From: Eledone cirrhosa
Taxonomy: Eukaryota
Reading direction: 5' to 3'
DNA: 64,000 nt
Assembly: GCA_964016885.1 (NCBI GenBank)
Contig: OZ024741.1
Coordinates: 46,624,001 to 46,688,000, forward strand
Positions 41,938 to 55,495 of the stretch are shown here, piece by piece (the first letter of the stretch is position 1; each line of letters opens with the position of its first letter). A program made the position numbers and the translations under genes. The notes under the pieces are model-generated. The model saw nothing but the letters and a program-made list of their open reading frames with translations, was not told the DNA's origin and did not search any database.

Positions 41938-42314
41938 TATAAGGTTTAGGATGGTGGTTAGGATGGAACAAGAGGAAAAAGGGAGAAAGAAGAAAGAATC
42001 CTTCGTCAGCTGTAAAAAAAATCCGCGATCTAGATGTTTCGGCGCTGAATTACAGGACATCTGTAGCGATCGGGAGCGCCCAAGGCCTTTTATTAATCAA
42101 AAGGCCAGGAGGAAAAGAAGAGAGAAAAAAAGGAGAGAAAAGGGAGGAAAAAGAGGAAGAATAACAGAGGGGGGGGGGGGGATAGAGAAGGGAAAAAAGG
42201 GAGAAAAAAAAGGAGAAAATAACAGGAGAAAAAAAAGGTGAACAGATCCCACAGGGCAAAGAAACATGCAAATGAGTAACCGTGGAAAAATAGGAAAAGT
42301 AAGTTGTAGCCAAC

Positions 42315-42378
<64 letters not shown>

Positions 42379-42564
42379 AAAGTTCTATTTAAAGTTGTTG
42401 GGATATAACAAGTAAATATTTTTATAACTGATATAAAGCACTCGACAAGTTTTTAGAGTAGTTATACGATATTAATTTTTGGAGTAGATATACGATATTA
42501 CGTATAATGAAATAAATATGGTTTTATAAATATAGTTTCCATTTATTAATATCGTATATATATA

Positions 42565-42595
<31 letters not shown>

Positions 42596-42692
42596 CAGTG
42601 ACAGTGAGATAAAGAGAAAGAGAAGGGGTCATATATCATATATACGTGTGTATGTATGAATGTGTGTGTCTCTGAGTGTGCGTCTGTGTGTG

Positions 42693-42754
<62 letters not shown>

Positions 42755-42952
42755 GTTGTAATCATTCTAATAATGTTTAATTATTTCTTGTTTTCTACTT
42801 GTTATATGTTCCGTTTTTGCTCTTTAATTTATATGTAGAAAAATCGGATCTGGTATCGATTCATCTTTATTACCAGTTCTTACTCTCCTTCTCTCTCCAT
42901 CTATCTTTCTATCTGTTTATATACCTACATATATATCTATCTATTTATCTGC

Positions 42953-43060
<108 letters not shown>

Positions 43061-43121
43061 GTTTTTCCTGGATAGTCAAGTTTTTCCTGGATATGTCAAT
43101 ATTTATAAAACAAACTTTGTA

Positions 43122-43178
43122 TTTTATCTGATGAGAGCGTACCAAAGTTTTGGTACCCTTGAAATATATATAATAGAA
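43122..43178 (+). ncRNA. Minimal type-I hammerhead ribozyme
   Basis: TTTTAT-CTGATGA-gagcGTACCA aagttt TGGTACcctt-GAA-ATATATAT-A-ATAGAA, overlapping AATAAA. Homologue at 59485-59545. Confidence 0.78.
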
Positions 43179-43316
43179 TAAATATGGTTTTATAAATATA
43201 GTTTCCATTTATTTAACATCATTGTATATTATACTCCTGAAAACTTGTCGTGTGCTTCAAATCAGTTATAAACATATATATTTGTTGAATTACCAACAAA
43301 TTAAATATCCCTTTTG

Positions 43317-43380
<64 letters not shown>

Positions 43381-43743
43381 AGAGTATTGAAGTTTGCTTG
43401 AAGCATTGTGGAACAATAAGTAAATATTTATAAGTCGTTTGGAAGCCTCGACAATGCAAATGGGTAAATCTCCGGGTAACGAGGTCCGGTGGTGGAGAGA
43501 GAGATGTAAGTGGGTGTACGTTGAGATGCGTGGTGTGTATAAGATGTGTGAGATGTGTAGAATGAAGGGAAGAGTATAAAGGATAAAATTAAAATAACAA
43601 CACAAGAGAGAGTTACTTTGGGAGAGATTTAATAGTCCCTATATATTTCGGATTCACATCCATCAACTGGGGTTTTTTTCCGGGGTGGGGGAAAAGTTTG
43701 TCTGTCGGACAAGTGGGGAACGCGTCCTTCGCTGTTTGTTGTT

Positions 43744-43791
<48 letters not shown>

Positions 43792-43793
<2 letters not shown>

Positions 43794-44195
43794 AAGGCGG
43801 GTAAAATTCCCGAGATCCATGGACGAGTTCTCTCCAGCGGTCTCTGTCCTTCATTATCGCTGCCATGCTCTGCGTCTCCAACAGACCAGTGTCTGTCCTT
43901 AGGGCATCAACATACGTTAACCTTGGTCTTCCTCTTCTAGTGTGTCCATGTAGGGGCTCCCAAAAGAGCGCTGAGTGCAATGTCAACTCTGGATGTCGGT
44001 GAGCATGTCCAGCTAACCTCAGTCTTCTCTGTGTCACTTTTGAGCTGACTTTTGGGATGGTCCCATACAGCTCTGAGTTTTTCATCCTTAGTGTATACTG
44101 ATTAATGTTCAGAGCCATCCTCAGCATTCTCGTGTAGCACCCATCCACCATCTGAGTGAGTTTCTTGGTCAGTGTCCAAGTCTCAGACCCATACA

Positions 44196-44199
<4 letters not shown>
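43792..44199 (-). mobile_element. 5'-truncated RTE-group LINE 3' end (RT C-terminus) between two (TA)n tracts
   Basis: LYGSETWTLTK...RMLR...RRLRLAGH...RRGRPRLTYVD...DRDRWR is typical of RTE-group RT C-termini. Reading frame uninterrupted. Confidence 0.85.
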
Positions 44200-44230
<31 letters not shown>

Positions 44231-44399
44231 TAGGTAGGTGTGTGTCTTTCTATCTAGATATATCGTTATTCATATATCTAGCTAAATATATATTCATGTC
44301 TGTGTTTCTATTTAGCTAGCTAGCTCTCTCTCTATATATATATATGTGTGTGTGTGTGTCTGTGTGTGTGTGTGTGTGTGTATGTGTGTGTGTGTGTGT

Positions 44400-44508
<109 letters not shown>

Positions 44509-45088
44509 CACTTGGGTGTTAATTAGATTTACCTTTTAAAAACAAATGTGTTTTTCTCCCGGATAAAATGAACACGTGTCTCAGGGGGTTAATTAACAAT
44601 TTATGGTAGTGATACAAAGAACTATTTTCTAAGTATACAATCCAGATGTGGTGTATATAAGAAATTTTAACTAAGCAAACATATCTATAGCAATTTTCAA
44701 CTTTAAACCGAATACATTTTAGCAGAATGAACTAGAATAGAAATGAAACGAAAGTCATAGAAATTGTGCTCGGAGAAATATGTTTATATTCAGCATAGAA
44801 AACATACAATAGATAGTTTTCAGTACATTTCAGTATTTTATGTATGTAAAATACACGTTAGAGTAAAGCAAACGTCAAAACCCTATTGGTTAGAGACATC
44901 TCATTCTTTTATTTTTTTATGGTTTTAGTCATCAGGCGGTGGGCATGCTGGGGCACAACATGAATTGGATTGTAGACAATTATATCGTTCCCATGGCCAT
45001 CTTTCGAGACTGGTACTTATTTTATCGATGCATTTTTGTCGAACTGCTGTATTACGGAAAAGACACAAATGCAATCACAGACAGACAA

Positions 45089-45126
<38 letters not shown>

Positions 45127-45146
45127 ACACACACACACACGCACGC

Positions 45147-45216
<70 letters not shown>

Positions 45217-45539
45217 CACATACACACACACACACATATAGCTTAAAGGAATTGTTAAAGAGTGGAGCGGGATGCTTTGTGGAATCTGTTCCGGTTCTAA
45301 GTTCAAATACCACCTTTTGTCACCGGAAAAGCTGTGGCGCTTCTGCCATGGATTGCGACCGGTAAATAGTATCAGCAATTAAAATACCAATGGAAGTATA
45401 GTTTGGTCGGATCTGATGATCGGCTCCTTTCCTTCTTTTTTATTAGAGGATTAACTCATTGTATTTTAGTAGAGGCCACAATAGGATGATTCCAGGAAAA
45501 AGTCCCAGATAAACGTCATAGAATGAAATTCAAAAAATA

Positions 45540-45675
45540 GGCCACAGGAAAAAAGGTCACAAGAAAAAAGGTTACAGAAAAAAGGTCACAGAAGAAAGGT
45601 CTCAGAAAAAGGTCACGGGAGCAAAGGTCACAGCAAAAAAGACCACTGGAGAAAGTCAGAGAAAAGATTACAGAT
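45540..45675 (+). repeat. ~13-14-bp tandem minisatellite (aggtcacagaaaa)
   Basis: About 10 imperfect units. Confidence 0.8.
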
Positions 45676-47601
45676 GAAATTTTACAATACAAATACATAT
45701 ATCAAACTTAACCCTGTTCCTGTGTTTTTCTTTCATTGGATTGTTAGTTATTTAATCCATTATTTTTTCAGGATAATCGGTCAATCAGTCGTAATACATG
45801 TACTCAACTGATACTAAATTAATGAAAGTGTTGCTTAAAATATAGCCAAATATAAATAGAAACATTATACATTTCAAAGATATTTTAATATTAATGTGAA
45901 TTTTCCTAGCCAAAAGTGTGATTTTTTTCTTGCTAAAAGTGTGATTTTCCTAGCCCAAACTGATTTTTCTAGCCAAAAATGTAACATATTTCCTGTGATC
46001 TTAATTACCTTGCATTTTATTACAATAAACGTAAGTGCAAGTATGACTCTATGATTAAGGAGTTCTCTTCGCAACTACACGGTTTCGAGTTGTCTCCCAG
46101 AGTGTGGCATCTTAGACAAGAGTCTTCTACTTATAGCCTCATTGTAAATTTAATTTGGTAGATGGAAACTGGCAGAAGTCTGTTATGTGTGTGTATGCAT
46201 GTGTGTGTATGCATGTGTGTTTGTGTGTGTGCATGTCCGTATCTATGTTTATGTTTGTCTGTGTGTGTGTGTCCTATTAGGTTTCCCTCTGTGCCTGTTT
46301 CTCAATCTTGTAACTTAGTGTTTCGTCAAAATGTGATCGATAAAATGAGTACCGGACTTGGAAAAATATCTATACTAAAGTCGATATGATCGACTAAATA
46401 TATTTACAGTGGTATCCCAGCATGACACTGTCTAGTAACTGAAACCAATAGATGGACTAAATATATTTACAGTGTTATCCCAGTGTAACTGAAACCAATA
46501 AAATACCAAGTAAAAAAATAGAACTCTTCAAAGAATATATCACCGTTGAGTATTTTCCTGTTCAACAAAGATTACGTGAAAGATATTTTTTCCAGAAAGA
46601 AATACGTTAGAACATAGAATAATAAATATACTGGTGACATTTTAAACATAAATCACAATACCTTACACACATTTCAGTTGAAGGTAACTGACTCAGTTAA
46701 AATTTAAAGTCCGGTGATGTGGTAGATTCGTAGCATGAAACACAAGTTACCCTCTCCCGTTTTCCTGCTCGTCAGCCAACCTCATCTTTTCTAACACCTT
46801 ACTGTCTATTCTGTAATTTTATTCAACACCCCTTTCTTTATGGTCTTCCTATATCACTTTCAGCTCTGCTTTTATCCATGTATAATCATACCAGCTGGAG
46901 AGTGGGTGTCATTGGATCTAATTACAAGCCCAAACCACTTTCCGCCTTCCTTTTCTCATTCACAGAAAAGTTTTTAGAATGTGTGTACATGCGTGTGTGT
47001 GTGTGTGCGTGTGTGAGTGTGCGTGTGAGTGTGTGTGTACGTGTGTGCGTGCGTGTGAGTATGTATGAGTGTGTGTTGGTGTGTGTGTGTGTGTCTGTGT
47101 GTTGGTGTGCGTGCGCGCGCACGCGTGTGTGTGTGTTCGTTGGTGTGTGTGTTTGTTGGTGTGTGTGTTTGTTGGTGTATGGGTTTTGCGTAAATGCAAT
47201 AAACAATACAATAAAACAATACAATAAAATACAATAAAATACAATAAAATACACCTTCCGTATACACGTCTCTGATTTATACATAATCAATGTTTATTTG
47301 CTTTATATTTTGTTTACTTATTTGTTTTTGTTCTTAACATAGGTTGATGAGGGGCTAAGGATTCCATGAAGGGTTTACTTGTCTAAAATATTTGAGGACC
47401 CCTACATTAGAGCCTTTTTTTTTTAATCTATTCTACTTTTCCATCAAATCTTTAGTTTAAAATAAAATTTTATATTACAACACTCGTTTTAACAGAACAT
47501 TCAGTTTTGAATTTCTAGTGTAAATGCTTCCATTTTGCGTTTCATGAGCTCCTGTGGTAGCTTCCGCATATCTTTTATAATATATAATATCTGGGGTGGT
47601 T

Positions 47602-47995
47602 TATCTATTTCTTCGGACAACAACTCATTGCCTTCTTTAGATACCACTTTAGAAGGAAATTCAGAGTGGAAAGAGAAGTACTGCACCCCAGTAAATTTAC
47701 TGAAAGGTGGGTGAATGTAGCTAGAATGGCCCGAGTGATTGGGCCTTCTTTGTATATAAAACCTGTAGGCTGAAGAAGAGAGCGAAAAGAAGTAAGGAGC
47801 ACTTGCACAACATGTTCCTGGAGTTGAGGGTTGTTCTATCTACGGGGTATAAAACAACCCATTTGTAACGCCTCCCACCTATTGGGGATTTCGATTATTA
47901 TATGTTCATGTTAAAACTTTTTTTACACGACTGTATTGTCCCCTTTCCTTTTCTTGTGCGCCCTTGTGGCAAATAAAGAAATATATCTATTTCTT
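47602..47995 (+). mobile_element. 5'-truncated diverged Tx1-like relative (ORF2 C-terminus + 3'UTR) with a 12-bp direct repeat
   Basis: Translates ...FFRYHFRRKFRVEREVLHPSKFTERWVNVARMARVIGP, versus copy 1 FFKFHLKRKIRVEREVLSSQHFVERWVREARMARVNGP. Ends cccttgtggcaaataaagaaat. tatctatttctt at 47602 and 47984. Confidence 0.85.
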
Positions 47996-48111
47996 TTGTG
48001 GTGTTTTTGTATTCATACCTTCACTTCATTTGTTCTGTAAAATAAATACAGAAATGAATAGCAAAACCAAATCTGATATATTGTTTAGTCTGTCACAGCT
48101 GTAAAGAGAAT

Positions 48112-48500
48112 TACGAGGGTAGGCTGAAAGGTTCATAGGCTGACTATGAACGATTGTTGCTAGAGATGTGAAATCTTCATTCATTAATTTCAACTCTTAT
48201 TAATAACTGCAATGTTTCTTTCCATGGAATATGTTGAGAAACAAACCTCATTTGGCAATTCCAAGACAGTATCTTGGTCAGCCTATGGAGTGATGCTAGA
48301 GCTGTGAAATCTTGCATGCATTAATTTCAACTCTTCTTATTAATAACTGCAATGTTTCTTTCCAGGGACTATGTTGAAAAACAAACCTCATTTGGCAATT
48401 CCAAGACAGTATCTTGGTCAGCCTATGGAGTGATGCTAGAGCTGAGAAATCCAGCATGCATTAATTTCAACTCTTCTTATTAATAACTGCATTGTTTCTA
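48112..48500 (+). mobile_element. Mariner-type MITE end (TA-CGAGGG TIR) with ~130-140-bp tandem internal duplication
   Basis: tacgagggtaggctgaaaggttcataggctgac matches the 33.3-kb TIR. gctagag..gtgaaatc...ttaatttcaactctt occurs three times. Confidence 0.65.
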
Positions 48501-48749
48501 TATAGATATGATGTATTAAATAGAGAGAGACAAATAGTGGTTTCTTTTAAAACTTTCACAAAATATATGTTGGTTTATGTAGTGAACTTCTGATTTATAA
48601 CAAATCTATTTTTGACGTGTAATTATTAATCAATAACATCTTAGCAAGTTGTTTTAGAAGCTTCAAATTTTCGTCCAACCTTTATTAACTCCCCAGCGGA
48701 GGATACTGTTCAAAGATGAAATATTCATATACATACACATATACACAAC

Positions 48750-48856
<107 letters not shown>

Positions 48857-49063
48857 CCTGTTTGTATCTTATAACATACCACGTTTATATATATAGATAT
48901 ATAGATATATATATATAACGAAAGAGTTGTGGTAAGGAACCAGATGGACCATAACGCACCAGAGTACTCAATACTTAGTGTAGTAGAGTGGGTAATAGGA
49001 ATAAGTATGACCCTGACGGCAGAGCTCAAGCCGTTTCGACGGCTATTTATGAATTATGTATGA

Positions 49064-49098
<35 letters not shown>

Positions 49099-49102
<4 letters not shown>

Positions 49103-49440
49103 TAAAAGGAAAAGAAAATGCTGACAAATTGTTCCCAGTGAAAAATAGTTTAATTAGGAATAAGTAAAAATTAGTAATAGTATTGGTTAGTATTCAGTTT
49201 TGGTTTTAAGTTTTACCGGTTGCGCATTTCTAATGCCTTTCAAAAATAATTTTGATTAGAGCAAACATCACGGGCACTCTATCTCAAAATTATTTTTGAA
49301 AAGCATTAGAAATGCGCAACCGGTAAAACTTAAAACCAAAACTGAATACTAACCAATACTATTACTAATTTTTACTTATTCCTAATTAAACTATTTTTCA
49401 CTGGGAACAATTTGTCAGCATTTTCTTTTCCTTTTACCAA
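49099..49440. repeat. Fold-back inverted repeat (~157-bp arms, ~28-bp spacer) of a (TA)n-flanked element carrying an HHR-like variant; third copy ~50652-50815
   Basis: ttggtaaaaggaaaag...aataattttga mirrored by tcaaaattattt...cttttaccaa. Confidence 0.93.
49293..49328 (+). ncRNA. Hammerhead-like variant (U3-A8 core, GCAA instead of GAAA)
   Basis: TTT-TTGAAAA-GCAT tagaa ATGC-GCA-ACCGGT-A-AAA. Same architecture at 50766-50801 (-). Confidence 0.45.
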
Positions 49441-49475
49441 TATATCATAACTCGTGTGTTACACCTCTATTCTTT

Positions 49476-49537
<62 letters not shown>

Positions 49538-50141
49538 AATTTTAGTACACCATTAACGAACCTTCAGTTTGCGGCCAAGCTAACGAATGCAAATTCGGTA
49601 TGTAGCTTTAGCACTCGATAGGGAATAGTACCCAGCGTAATAACAATACGCTTAGACAGCTTTGCAAATCAAATATAGCGATCGGCAGTCCAGTCGCATT
49701 GCCACAGCAACGAAAATGGTTGGACTCAGGAAAAGATTTTAGACTGACCTGGACATAGCGCTGAGACCGAATGCAACATACAATGCATATCGTATAGCAT
49801 ACGATATACATCACATACAACACACAACATCCGCGCTAGGTTTCTGTAAATCCAAGATCGACAAATTCTGCTTGCAGGGGTCTGCAAGTTAATGGTCTTT
49901 CACGACAGAACAAAGGATTTCCTTCTTCAACAAGTTTTGTGTTCTTTAGCCTCTGCGGGTGTGTTCTAGCAGTAAATTTCGCTATAGACACGTGGTTTTC
50001 TCCAAGGGAGGTAACCCCCGTTTTGGCGGTGAATTCGAAATTTGAGATAAAGGAATGAAATTCCCTTAGACAAACCGAATTAAGCACTCAACCAGAAGTT
50101 ATCAAACAAACATAAACAATTAATCAATCAATAGAATTATA

Positions 50142-50207
<66 letters not shown>

Positions 50208-50447
50208 CACGTTGTCCACACGTCACCAAACACCTATTGCATAACTACAAGGCTCGGACTGATTCTTTGTAATTTTATTTTTAATTTTATTTTAATTTTA
50301 TTTTCAACCTAGAAAACTTTCCGGACTTTCGCAGTTATCTCCCTTACACCTCTCGCACGCAGTCTAGTATTGCCTGTGTGAAGTGACCGAGTTTCTGTGC
50401 ATGCGCGTTCGTACGGTTGTCCTTCCTGTTCCTATAACCATGCACAT

Positions 50448-50488
50448 CCCGAGCTGAAGATCCGGTAAAGTGAAACAATTGTTCTGGG
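50448..50488 (+). ncRNA. Hammerhead motif with decayed stem II
   Basis: CCCgAG-CTGAAGA-tccggtaaagt-GAA-ACAATTGT-T-CTGGG. Confidence 0.5.
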
Positions 50489-50582
50489 TATGGTGAACTA
50501 ACTGTTGTGTAACCACTTCTACCTAACTCCTCCCTTGGACTGAGTGCTCTACCACTACGGATATTACCTTCCAGTGTTCCAC

Positions 50583-50655
<73 letters not shown>

Positions 50656-50838
50656 TAAAAAGGAAAAGAAAATCCTTCAAATTTTTCCCAGTGAAAAATA
50701 GTTTAATTAGGAATAAGTATAAATTAGTAATAAGTATTGGTTAGTATTCAGTTTTAGTTTTAAGATTTTACCGGTTGCGCATTTCCAATGCTTTTCAAAA
50801 ATAATTTTGAGATAAAGCGCTCGTGATCTTTGCTCTAA

Positions 50839-50914
<76 letters not shown>

Positions 50915-51094
50915 TATATGGGGAGGGTCATATTTGTGTAATATTGCCAGAATTAATAACAGAACACAATATTTGTTTCGACACACGATTTCATATCAAA
51001 AACCTCGCAAAACTAATTAATCGCCATATATATATACATATATATATATATACATATATATATATACATATATATATGTATATATATATGGCGA

Positions 51095-51174
<80 letters not shown>

Positions 51175-51368
51175 GACGGCATATATGTGTGTTTGGTATG
51201 TATATTTAATCTTGATAGTTTGTATAATTTTGTATAATTTTGTACATAGATCTGTTGAATATGCATGCCAATTCTAACACATATATATCCTAGAAACGAT
51301 CGTTAAATAATGAACTTTTTTTGTTTAATATAAGGAACTGTTTCATTGTTTTATTCATTATTTTTTTA

Positions 51369-51430
<62 letters not shown>

Positions 51431-51449
51431 CATATATATATATACATAT

Positions 51450-51516
<67 letters not shown>

Positions 51517-51532
51517 TAGATAATTTAATATA

Positions 51533-52375
51533 TCTACTAACATAAGCGCACAGATGTACGCTAATGCCAGCAAATACACAGGTTATGTCATAGTACCTAG
51601 GTGGTTCAATGCAGGAGGATGCCGAACAATAATATAAAAGACGTAAAATAAGAAAATTTAAAAAAAAATTTTTTTTTAAATTAACTTACTTACTTAAATT
51701 TTCACTCCAACTAATTAGTTTCTGCAATGGGATAAAGACAGTTACGTAATGAACTGTTGAGAATTTCATTGCGTCATCAGGGAGAACTATTCTCAGCCGA
51801 GTCTCCAGGCAATGCGCGGACACTGGGGACTCATATAAAAATAATAATAATTCGGTAAATGGAACAGCTATCGAGGACTGGATTCCAGGTACTGAAAATT
51901 CTCACTGCCACCGGTCATATGGCCGATTCTAAAGAATCAATCACGTGACACAGAGGCTAGTCAATAGGAATGGGATGGTAAGATGACAGACGCCTACTAA
52001 CACCCCCAACAAATTTAGAAGTGGTTTTGGCAGGTTTGCTCGACAAATCAGTGATTTGGAGATAAATATAGATAATTTAATATATCTACTAACATAAGCG
52101 CACAGATGTACGCTAATACCAGCAAATACACAGGTTATGTCATAGTACCTAGGTGGTTCAATGCAGGAGGATGCAGAACAATAATATAAAAGACGTAAAA
52201 TAAGAAAATTAAAAAAATTTTTTTTTTTTAAATTAACTTACTTACTTAAATTTTCACTCCAACTAATTAGTTTCTGCAATGCCATTGCAGAAACTAATTA
52301 GTTGGAGTGAAAATTTAAGTAAGTAAGTTAATTTTTAAAAAAAAATTTTTTTAAATTTTCTTATTTTACGTCTTT

Positions 52376-52382
<7 letters not shown>
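51533..52382. repeat. ~200-bp direct duplication (51533-51730 / 52065-52281) followed by a near-perfect ~100-bp-arm palindrome centred at ~52282
   Basis: tagataatttaatatatctactaac...tttctgcaatg repeated; ...ctgcaatg c cattgcag... centre. Confidence 0.92.
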
Positions 52383-52469
<87 letters not shown>

Positions 52470-52713
52470 CGCAACCTGGGGTCTGAAATGTGCCTAGTGT
52501 TTGCAGTAATAAAAAAAATTAGGGAAATTCAACATATTTGGCCTCCTGTCATTTCACTTTATACTACATTTACTCCGTTCCCGCACCACCACCATGATTC
52601 AACATTGAAGATGGATGAGTTTCATAACGTCGAGTGCTTTTCTCATATTACGTCATGATTAACATTGCAGAATGACCAATTCTACCCAGTGGTATGGTAA
52701 ACCAACAAATTTA

Positions 52714-52819
<106 letters not shown>

Positions 52820-52869
52820 TATATATATATAAATATATATGTGTATATACTGTATATAAGTATACATAT

Positions 52870-53650
52870 ATATTATATGTATTATGTATTGTGTATTATA
52901 TTATAATATATTATATCATATTATATTATATTATATTATATCATATTATATTATATTATATTATATTATATTATATGATATTATATTATATTATATTATA
53001 TGATATTATATTATATTATATTATATGATATTATATCATATATTACATTATATTATATTATATTATATCATATCATATTAGCCGGTGGATTGGCAGTATC
53101 GGTAGAGGGTCGGACGTCATGCTTTCCAGCATAGTTACGTCCCTTTACGATCTGAATTCAAATTCCGCCGAGGTTGACTTTTCCTTTCATCCTTACGGGG
53201 TCGATAAAATAAAGTACCAGTAATGCACTGGGTAATTGCTGGCCTTGTGCCTAAAGTAGAAACAATTATATTATATCATATTATATCATATTATATTATA
53301 TCATATTATATTATATTATATTATATCATATTATATTGTATTATATCATATTATATTATATCATGTTATATCATATTATATGGGTAATTTGCTGGCCTTG
53401 TGCCAAAAGTAGAAACAATTATATTATATTATATTATGCAGTATCGGTAGAGGGTCGGACGCCATGCTTTGACGCATTGAGTTACGGCCATTGCCATTCT
53501 GAGTTCAAATCCCGCCGAGGTTAACTTTGCCTTTCATCCTTACGGTGTCGATAAAATAAAGTACCAGTAATACACTGGGTAATTGCTGGCCTTGTGCCAA
53601 AAGTAGAAACAATTATATTATATTATATTATATTATATTATATTATAAAA
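52870..53650 (+). repeat. (ATATT)n pentamer tract containing two SINE A copies (~53086-53268, ~53438-53615) and a SINE 3' fragment
   Basis: ttata/tcata units; SINE A motifs as above. Confidence 0.88.
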
Positions 53651-55086
53651 GTTAACAAATATGGCAACTATATCTGGACTGTTATAAAATATTACTCTTA
53701 CTACTACTGGTGATACTGGTGCTGATGCTGCTGATATGAATATGGTGGTGGTGGTGGTGGTGGTGGTGGTGTCTGTTCTTGTACTGCTGCTGATACTGCT
53801 TTCTGTCTAGAATATTCGTATAACGTTGTTATAGTTAACAACTAAAATAATAAAAATTGTATAAGTCCACCCAGTCGTAATAATTAAGTTTAATTAGTCA
53901 ACCATTATATCAGAATTGAGTCTGTTTTGATATCCTCACACATAGCCGGTAATGAATTAAAAATGTGACTAGTATCAGATTAATATTTTTCTCTCCACTA
54001 GGTGTTATCAAAATTTTAGTCAATTTTCCCCTGGTGACGTATTTTTAATACAAATTGGCTTAAAAAACAGTTCTTCAACTTCTTTTGTTTATTTTAACTA
54101 TGATTTAACATTTTTGATAGTAGATCGCATGAAATCACCGCTGCTTCTACAATCAGGGACGGTAGAAGCAATTCTGAATTGGGGGGGGGGGATTTGGTCA
54201 GTTTAGTTGTAGTGATTAGTTTAGCTGTTATTAACAAATAGCAACCAAGAAAGTAGTAACTATGTCACTTACTTATTTTCGGCAAAAACAAAAGGAGAAT
54301 GATTGACAGTTTCTCGCTTGTTAGCGTTTATCAAGACCACAAAGTAAGTGACATAGCCACTACTTTAAAACTCACAGCAAATGGTCTTCAAAACAAAATG
54401 TTTTTAATTAAACATACAGTATATTGCCAAATATACTATACATACATCCATGTATACATCGCTATTTCAGAACACCAATACTAATATCTAATTTTTGCTG
54501 TACCGGCAATTGCTCCTTAATATTACTGGAATTCTATAAGAATCCAGCTTCTATAATTTTCGGCAAAGAGACGGGAGTGCGTGATCTTGATAAACGCTAA
54601 CAAGCGAGAAACAGTCTATCGATCACTCTCCATTTGTTTTTGCCGAAAATAACTGACATAGTCACTACTTTAAAACTCATAGCGAATGGTCTTCAAAATG
54701 TTTTAATTAAACATACAGTATATTACTAAATATACTATACATACATCCATATATATACATATATATATGTGGGGGGGGGGGTATAATAAGAGGGGAATAA
54801 TCCAGTATCAATTTGTATATATATATTATTCAAATTAAAAGATAGATATATATACAGAGAAAGAAAGTCACATATTGTCAGGGAAAAACTTCGTATTTTG
54901 TACATATACAGAGCATATAATATTTAGAAAAAAGTACATATTTTAAGGTGGAGGAGTTGTTATTTTCCTTACAGTACTGTTTCATAGTTCGTAAGCCGAA
55001 GCAAAAATTGATCTATGCAATCGATTATCGATTACCACTGATTTTATACAGCATACTATATATTTCTCTAACGATTTATAGCTTTT

Positions 55087-55298
<212 letters not shown>

Positions 55299-55424
55299 CT
55301 TTAGTCAAAAATACGGTGAAAGCATATATTTCTAATTTCAAACTCGCTCACTGTTTCAAAACATACTTACTTGTCATTTACTTGCTAAGAATGTAACTTA
55401 TAATTTGAATCGAAGGAGATGGGT

Positions 55425-55495
55425 GATGTGTTGGTGTAATGGTAGCACAGTGGTCTGGATAACCAAAGATGTGGGTTCGACTCCCATGTACGTCA
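55425..55495 (+). other. tRNA-like cloverleaf (tRNA-Gln-like D arm) within a ~200-bp repeat; probably a SINE head or tRNA pseudogene
   Basis: GATGTGT-TG-GTGT AATGGTA GCAC-A-GTGGT CTGGATA ACCAA-AGAT-GTGGG TTCGACT CCCAT-GTACGTC-A. Inverted copy at 55964-56034; 3' part also at ~19660-19772. Confidence 0.65.

Noticed and set aside
41995-42090. HHR-like pieces on the minus strand (ggcgct...agcgcc-GAAAC; ctgacga)
   Set aside because: Core and stems cannot be assembled into a consistent hammerhead topology.
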